A stretch of DNA of 12,275 nt from Candidatus Sumerlaeia bacterium (GTDB lineage Bacteria > Sumerlaeota > Sumerlaeia > SLMS01): the NCBI GenBank assembly GCA_038208905.1, contig JBBQYG010000124.1, positions 1 through 12,275 on the forward strand. Reading direction: 5' to 3'. How positions within the stretch are numbered: the first letter of the stretch is position 1; every line of letters begins with the position of its first letter. The position numbers and the translations under genes were made by a program. Shown here piece after piece: positions 7,362 through 12,275 of the stretch. Under the pieces are notes generated by a model. That model was not told where the DNA came from. It searched no databases and saw only the letters and a program-made list of their open reading frames with translations.

Positions 7362-8369
7362 ATGCCACCAGGCCACAGCCTTGATGTTGCCATAATCGGA
7401 GGCGGTCCCGCGGGCCTTGCCGCCGCTCAGGTCTTCCATCGGGAGGGGCTGGCCTACCGCGTCCTCGAGAAGGGCCCCATCGCCCACCACATCGCCCAAT
7501 ACCCCACCTTCATGCGTTTCTTCAGCACCAACGACAATCTTGAGATTGCGGGCTTTCCCCTGGGTATCACGGAGGAGAAGCCCTCCCGCCGCGAGTACCT
7601 CAAGTACCTCACCGATTTCGCCCGCTTCCACCGGCTGAACGTGGAAACGTATGCCCCCGTCGGCGCCGTCACACGGGGCCCCGATGGCTGGTTCGACATC
7701 CGCATCGACCGCGAGGGCTGCCCCCCCGAGTCCGTCCGCGCCCGCGCCGTCGTCCTCGCCGTCGGCGCATGGGACTCCCCCCGCAGGCTCGGCGTCCCCG
7801 GCGACGAGCTTTCCAAGGTCCACTACCGCTACACCGAGCCCCACAACTACGTCGGCAAGCGGGTCCTTGTCGTGGGCGGACGCAATTCCGCCGTCGAGAC
7901 CGCCCTTCAGCTCTGGCGCGCCGGGGCCAAGGTCTCCCTCAGCTACCGCCGCACGGAGTTCAACGGCGTCGGCCTCAAGTACTGGCTCAAGCCCGACATC
8001 GAGAACCGCCTCAAGAACGGCGAGATCGCCCCCCACCTCGGGACCACCGTTGCGAGGATTGACTGGGATAGCGTCGATCTGACCTTGGCCAGCGGCAAGA
8101 CCACCACCATCGAGAACGACTTCGTCCTCCCCATGCTCGGGTACGACCCGCCCGCGGCGTTCCTTCGCAATCTCGGCGTGCAACTTGCCCCCGATAGCAA
8201 CCGCCCCCACCACAACGCCGATACCCTGGAAACCAACGTCCCCGGCCTCTTTGTCGCCGGAGTCATCCTCCACGGCAACATCAGCGGCCACGTGTTCATC
8301 GAGAATTCAAGGCACCACGGGGAGATGATTTTGCCGAGGTTGCGGGAGATACTGGCGGTGGCGGCGTAG
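7362..8369 (+). CDS. ypdA: YpdA-family FAD/NAD(P)H disulfide oxidoreductase (bacillithiol disulfide reductase-like), 335 aa
   Basis: GGGPAG FAD motif, YPTFM-x-FFST-x-x-x-LEI, KPSR-x-E-x-L-x-Y, EPH-x-Y, GGRNSA, KYWLKPDIENR, IENDFV, ETNVPGLFVAGV and FIENSR-x-H. ATG at 7362 with AAAGGAA RBS. Confidence 0.88.
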   Translation: MPPGHSLDVAIIGGGPAGLAAAQVFHREGLAYRVLEKGPIAHHIAQYPTFMRFFSTNDNLEIAGFPLGITEEKPSRREYLKYLTDFARFHRLNVETYAPVGAVTRGPDGWFDIRIDREGCPPESVRARAVVLAVGAWDSPRRLGVPGDELSKVHYRYTEPHNYVGKRVLVVGGRNSAVETALQLWRAGAKVSLSYRRTEFNGVGLKYWLKPDIENRLKNGEIAPHLGTTVARIDWDSVDLTLASGKTTTIENDFVLPMLGYDPPAAFLRNLGVQLAPDSNRPHHNADTLETNVPGLFVAGVILHGNISGHVFIENSRHHGEMILPRLREILAVAA

Positions 8370-8500
8370 GGAATACCAAACCCGAGCAACCGTTCCCCCC
8401 TCCGACCCTTCTTCTGCCTCTGCGCCGCGCGCCGGGTTGCCGCGACGCTCGCTTCGCCGAGCGAATGCTCACCGCCGGAGCCATCCCCCGGCAACACGGC

Positions 8501-8551
8501 CTCAACCCCAGCGCTCCCCTCGCCGCCGCGCGAGGAAGGAGGAACGTCACG
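8501..8551. repeat. REP-like GC-rich hairpin, degenerate relative of 10122-10184
   Basis: ctcc-cctcgc-loop-gcgagg-aa-ggag stem (8514-8541). Shares the ACCC(C)AGC..GCTCCC lead-in, GGAGG and trailing CGTCACG with the 10122-10184 element. Confidence 0.35.
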
Positions 8552-8916
8552 CTGCTACCGACAGGGGCGGTGGGGATCGGTTACCTCGGGTCGCCCATTT
8601 TGGGGAAAAGTGCCGCATTGCATCGAGGAAGGCAATTGCTCGGACGGTCCTCATTGTTGATCCCGTGGATTCCCACGATCCTTCCGAATTGGGGGTAATT
8701 TGCCCTGCTGGCCTCGGACGACTTGGCCATGATACCGACCCACAACACGATTCGAAGGGATGAGCGAGGTCTGTATTGAAAACGAGCTCGCATGAGCGGG
8801 ACGGTGTCGTCGATGGTTCCTGCACCGTGATCAATCGCTCGCCCTCAAGACCTACAAAGCTTTACTTAGGTGTTGCGCTCCAATATCAAAGAGAATCTTT
8901 GACGTATAAAAAACCC

Positions 8917-8934
8917 AAAGTGGGAGCCCACTTT
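8917..8934. promoter_or_regulatory. Perfect inverted repeat AAAGTGGG-AG-CCCACTTT, candidate operator upstream of the secreted protein gene
   Basis: 8-bp arms with a 2-nt spacer, directly after an AT-rich promoter-like tract (8861-8913) and about 135 nt before the start codon. Confidence 0.45.
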
Positions 8935-9067
8935 CGGCTTGTCGAGACAACAACGAAGTATCAGCCTCCCACGTGTTCGGTGGGTTGGGGGAGGCAATTT
9001 CGTGACAATTCATAGTCTGCCCCTCCCATTTGAGCCAAACTTTAGTAACCATGAAAGGAGTATGATG

Positions 9068-9907
9068 ATGGTAAAGACGGGATTCTCAGTCCTAAGCTTG
9101 CTCAGCGCGGGCCTTCTGCTCGCCGTGACGGCCAACGCGGAGGTTGAAACTTTCGCGGGGGTGACCTCGACCCAGCCACTCGTGGCGACTTCCTCGATGA
9201 CGGGCGGCATTTTCACCAAGGCGTTTGGACCACCGGAAGTCGCTGTGGGCACGACCGGGGCACTTCCGGCGCTGGCTGATGGTCGTTATCTTTCCTATTC
9301 CAACAGCACGGATGCAGAGTTGACCCTGACCGCCACCGCCATAGCCCTGACCACCAACGAGGCCTATGTGGCTCTGGCGTTCCGCGCCCCCACGATCTCG
9401 GCCACAGCCACAGACAATAACGTCGACATCCTTCGCGTGCAGGATTCGGGCGGCAACCTCTTTGGTCTTGTCGTCGCCGATGGCGTTCTGCGCATGGCAA
9501 ACACGAACGGATGGGGCTCCACCCGTATCCTCTACAGCAACATTGCGACCGCACCGGGGGCCAATAACTGGGTCATCCTCGCGGGGCGATTGGTGAATTC
9601 GACAACAGCAGGCGGCGCCACGGCCAAGTGGTGGTCTGTGAACCCGACCACGGGCGCACCAACCGTTCTGTTTGATGACGTGGCTAGCGCGACCAGCACC
9701 GTCAACACAGGAGTTGGCGACGCCTCGATCCTTCAGTGGGGCGCTACCTTTCGCTTTCCGTCGGCACCCGTTGACGCGCTCGTGATCAATGTGGATGATG
9801 TCCGGATCGAGGCTGGCGCAACCTATGCTAATGAGGCCGCCTTCCTCTCAGCCGTCGCTGCGTCCTATACCGTCACCTCCGTGCAGGACTGGTCGATGTT
9901 TGACTGA
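9068..9907 (+). CDS. Secreted Thr/Ala-rich beta-sandwich protein (ConA/LamG-like lectin fold suspected) with C-terminal TSVQDWSMFD tail, 279 aa
   Basis: AAAGGAG RBS at 9054-9060, ATG options 9062, 9065 and 9068 (9068 gives 7-nt spacing). Signal peptide ending ANA|EV. Alternating beta-strand patterns, NNWVILA and the INVDDVRI ending typical of LamG-like domains. Has its own terminator. Confidence 0.8.
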   Translation: MVKTGFSVLSLLSAGLLLAVTANAEVETFAGVTSTQPLVATSSMTGGIFTKAFGPPEVAVGTTGALPALADGRYLSYSNSTDAELTLTATAIALTTNEAYVALAFRAPTISATATDNNVDILRVQDSGGNLFGLVVADGVLRMANTNGWGSTRILYSNIATAPGANNWVILAGRLVNSTTAGGATAKWWSVNPTTGAPTVLFDDVASATSTVNTGVGDASILQWGATFRFPSAPVDALVINVDDVRIEAGATYANEAAFLSAVAASYTVTSVQDWSMFD

Positions 9908-9933
9908 TGTCTCGCATCAATGATGGCCCATCT

Positions 9934-9963
9934 GACCCTCCGGCCTCGGCCGGGGGGTCTTTT
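9934..9963 (+). terminator. Rho-independent terminator
   Basis: 11-bp stem GACCCTCCGGC / GCCGGGGGGTC (one G-U pair), loop CTCG, followed by TTTT, 26 nt after the stop at 9907. Confidence 0.8.
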
Positions 9964-10081
9964 GCTGATATCCCTCGGCGATAGCCAAGTCTGGGTGGGT
10001 TATGGGCGAGGACCGCGCGGCTGGCCTGTTCGCGGAAGGCGAAGATGCCTGGTCTTATACGGTGCGGCCGCGGCGGCGGGC

Positions 10082-10184
10082 AGGGCGAGGAAGCGGCGAA
10101 GCGAGAGAGCCGGTCGCCCTACTTCACCCAGCCGCGCTCCCTTCCCCGCGCTGCGCGTAGGGGGCGGGAGGATTTCCCGTCACG
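10082..10184. repeat. GTAG-type REP-like palindromic element(s)
   Basis: AGGGCGA (10082-10088) pairs with TCGCCCT (10114-10120), ending in CTAC. The minus strand reads GTAGGGCGACCGGC, a GTAG-REP-like start. A second hairpin at 10137-10170 contains GTAGGGGGCG. Confidence 0.45.
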
Positions 10185-11789
10185 TCACCGATACACCCCG
10201 TAATCAATCCCCGGGAACAGGTTGTCCTTCGACTCCATCGCGCCCAGAACCTTGGTGTCGATCTTCCCGCTCTCCAGCGCGTCGTAGAGATCGTTGAAGC
10301 GGACGAGGTGGTCCTTGGTGCGCTTGATGGCGTAGTTGACGGTGGTGTTGGTCTTGATGATGAAGGCCCAGTCGCTGGCCTGGGCGAGCATGAGTTCGCG
10401 GGTCGCCTGGTTGAGGGCGCGGCGCTGGAGATCGGTGGGCTTGGGGTGCTTGCGGGCGAGTTCGGTCATGCGCTCGGCGCCCTTGTGGAGGTGGCGATAG
10501 ATCCAGTCGTTGCTGGCGTCGAGCCACACCTCGGAGTAGCCACGGTTTCCCCACGAACTTTCGCCCGGCATGGCCACTTGGTTGCGGGGGAAGCACTCCA
10601 GGTATTCCGAGGGCGTGATCATGCCGATGTCCTCCTGGTCGAAGTACATCTTGCGAATCAGGAAGTCCAGGAACTCGGGGCCTTCGTACCACCAGTGGCC
10701 GAAAAGCTCGGCGTCGTAGGGCGAGGTGATCAGCGGCGGGCGGTCCATGAGCGAGCCAAGGTGGAGCACCTGCTGCTGGCGGTTGAACATGAAGTTCCCC
10801 GCGTGGACCGCGGCGGCCTCCAGCGCGACCTTGGGATCGTAGGGCTGCTTGTCGTGGAGGTCAACCTTCTGTCCGGTGATGCGGTGGTACTTCAGGCCCG
10901 TGGCCGTGCGCAGCCCGCTTTCGTGGATATACGGGCGTATATACTCGAAGTCCAGGTCGTAGCCGATGTCGCGATAGAACTCGCGATATCGCGGGTCGCC
11001 GGGATAGCCATCCTGTGCCGACCACACGGAGCGGCTTGATTCGACGTCGCGCCCGAATGCGGCCACGCCGGAGGGGCAATAGAGCGGGGCGAACACGCCG
11101 TAGTGGGGACGCTTCTCCGCGAAGAGCACGCCGTGGGAATCCACGAAGAAGAAACGGATGCCCGCCTCCTTCACAAACTCGTCCACACCGGGATAGAAGC
11201 CACACTCGGGAAGCCAGATTCCCCGTGGCGGGCGGCCGAAGTGCCGCTCGTACTCGTCGCGCCCCACCATGATCTGCGCGCGGACGGCCTTGGGCGACTC
11301 GCGCAGCAGCGGCAGGTATCCGTGCGTGGCGCAGCAGGTGATGATCTCCAGGAAACCCTTGTCCTGAAAGGCGGCAAATCCCGCCAGCACGTCGCGCTTC
11401 CAATCGTCCCTCCACGTCTTGCGGCAGGCGATCAGCTTGGTGTTGTACATCCGGGCGACATGGTGGAAGTCGGCGGAGGTGCGGGTACGCTCGACCTCCT
11501 TTTCCGTCAGCTCGATCAGCCCGTCCAAGTGCCGCTCATAGCGCTCCATCAGCAGCGGATCGCGCAGCATCCCGCAGAGCGACGGCGTGAACACCATCGT
11601 CAGGCGGAACCCGCAGCCATCGCGCTCCAGCCGCTCCATCATCTGGAGAAGGGGGAGGTAGGTCTCCGTAATGGCCTCGAAAAGCCAATCTTCCTCAAGG
11701 CAGTCCTCGAACTCCGGATGGCGGACAAACGGGAGGTGCGCGTGGAGGATCGGGGCGAAGAACCCCTTGTAGTCGATCTGGTCTGCCAT
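10185..11789 (-). CDS. GH57-family 1,4-alpha-glucan branching enzyme (with DUF1957 C-terminal domain), 534 aa
   Basis: HAHLP, WLFEAITETYLP, THGYLP, GIWLPEC (nucleophile Glu), PYDAELFGHWWYEG (acid/base Asp) and RELMLAQASDWAF. ATG at 11789 with GGAG RBS. Confidence 0.93.
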   Translation of the reverse strand: MADQIDYKGFFAPILHAHLPFVRHPEFEDCLEEDWLFEAITETYLPLLQMMERLERDGCGFRLTMVFTPSLCGMLRDPLLMERYERHLDGLIELTEKEVERTRTSADFHHVARMYNTKLIACRKTWRDDWKRDVLAGFAAFQDKGFLEIITCCATHGYLPLLRESPKAVRAQIMVGRDEYERHFGRPPRGIWLPECGFYPGVDEFVKEAGIRFFFVDSHGVLFAEKRPHYGVFAPLYCPSGVAAFGRDVESSRSVWSAQDGYPGDPRYREFYRDIGYDLDFEYIRPYIHESGLRTATGLKYHRITGQKVDLHDKQPYDPKVALEAAAVHAGNFMFNRQQQVLHLGSLMDRPPLITSPYDAELFGHWWYEGPEFLDFLIRKMYFDQEDIGMITPSEYLECFPRNQVAMPGESSWGNRGYSEVWLDASNDWIYRHLHKGAERMTELARKHPKPTDLQRRALNQATRELMLAQASDWAFIIKTNTTVNYAIKRTKDHLVRFNDLYDALESGKIDTKVLGAMESKDNLFPGIDYGVYR

Positions 11790-11987
11790 GAGGACTCCGG
11801 TAACCGCCGACGGGCGACGCACCTTGGATGGGAGAGAATTCGGGCCCACCTCCCGCTGGCGGCAAGTGTTTTCGGGAAGGCGGGGGAATGCCAATGCTGA
11901 CTATTGACCCGGCTGCGCTTGACGGTCTGTTATTGGGCGAACAAAGAATCGCCTGTTGCTTCAGAGAACCTCAGGGAGCCTCCCCGC

Positions 11988-12275
11988 GTGAGCGCAGCCG
12001 CAACAAACAACCTGACGGGCCTTGGCGCCTATCGATACACCTCCCTGCTGGGATTCAATGGCATCCTTGCAACCTACAAGGCTTTCGACAACGAGTTGAA
12101 CCTCACCTCGTCGGTTGTTGTCGTCCACGAGTCCCAGCTCGCCACGCCCGGCGTGTGGGACCAAAGCGCCGCCGAGATCCACCAATTGCTCACCGCTGGC
12201 GCCAGCCGCGTCTGCCAGCCGACGGCCTATGGCAGCCATGATGGCTATCGCTGGGTCGCCTACGAATGGCAGAAG
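11988..12275 (+). CDS. N-terminal part of a Hanks-type Ser/Thr protein kinase-like protein with degenerate ATP-binding motifs (partial, runs off window)
   Basis: AGGGAG RBS (11973-11978) and GTG at 11988, open to the window end. Translation: MSAAATNNLTGLGAYRYTSLLGFNGILATYKAFDNELNLTSSVVVVHESQLATPGVWDQSAAEIHQLLTAGASRVCQPTAYGSHDGYRWVAYEWQK. Spacing matches the PknB-type N-lobe (LG-x-Y...LG-x-x-G...YKA-x-D-x-x-L...E...G-x-x-DG-x-x-W-x-x-x-E-W). Confidence 0.7.
   Translation, partial: MSAAATNNLTGLGAYRYTSLLGFNGILATYKAFDNELNLTSSVVVVHESQLATPGVWDQSAAEIHQLLTAGASRVCQPTAYGSHDGYRWVAYEWQK

Noticed and set aside
8560..8720. Possible c-di-AMP (ydaO) riboswitch suggested by CCCATTTTGGGG
   Set aside because: The flanking conserved elements (GCTGAATCC, GGGGAACC, CCCGTCAGCTAAC) are absent.
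8900..8945. Possible c-di-GMP-I riboswitch suggested by AAACCC...GTGGGA
   Set aside because: No GGCAAAC / GNRA loop / GACGCAAAGC arrangement. The perfect palindrome explains the sequence better.
8437..9052. Small ORFs in the ypdA downstream intergenic region
   Set aside because: No clear RBS, codon bias or protein-like motifs, and they overlap each other in several frames.
11904..11949. TTGACC / TTGACG -35 boxes upstream of the kinase-like gene
   Set aside because: No convincing -10 element at 16-18 nt spacing, so a promoter cannot be placed.

Overview
High-GC bacterial chromosomal window with no rRNA, tRNA, CRISPR array or transposase. Gene order: a frameshifted relic of a possible secreted glycoside hydrolase (1-288), lat L-lysine 6-transaminase (-), then a YcfL-like lipoprotein coupled to an orphan OppB/DppB permease (+). 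Next is a three-gene minus-strand operon: a secreted protein with a CBM-like domain, 15 [D/N/S/G]PF motifs and a Cys-less thioredoxin fold, then a SirB1-TPR protein, then an AI-2E transporter. These are followed by a divergent YpdA-family flavin disulfide reductase (+), a ~700 nt lower-GC structured intergenic region, and a secreted beta-sandwich protein ending TSVQDWSMFD (+) with a terminator. The window ends with a GH57 branching enzyme (-) and the N-terminus of a degenerate Ser/Thr kinase (+, runs off the window, absent from the ORF track). The best leads are a candidate short C-terminal sorting motif shared by two ORFs, the xPF-repeat scaffold protein and its operon, and the apparent pseudokinase. 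The C-terminal motif resembles tails I recall from Candidatus Sumerlaeota (BRC1) proteins; this is unverified. All family calls come from motif recognition by eye, not from database searches.
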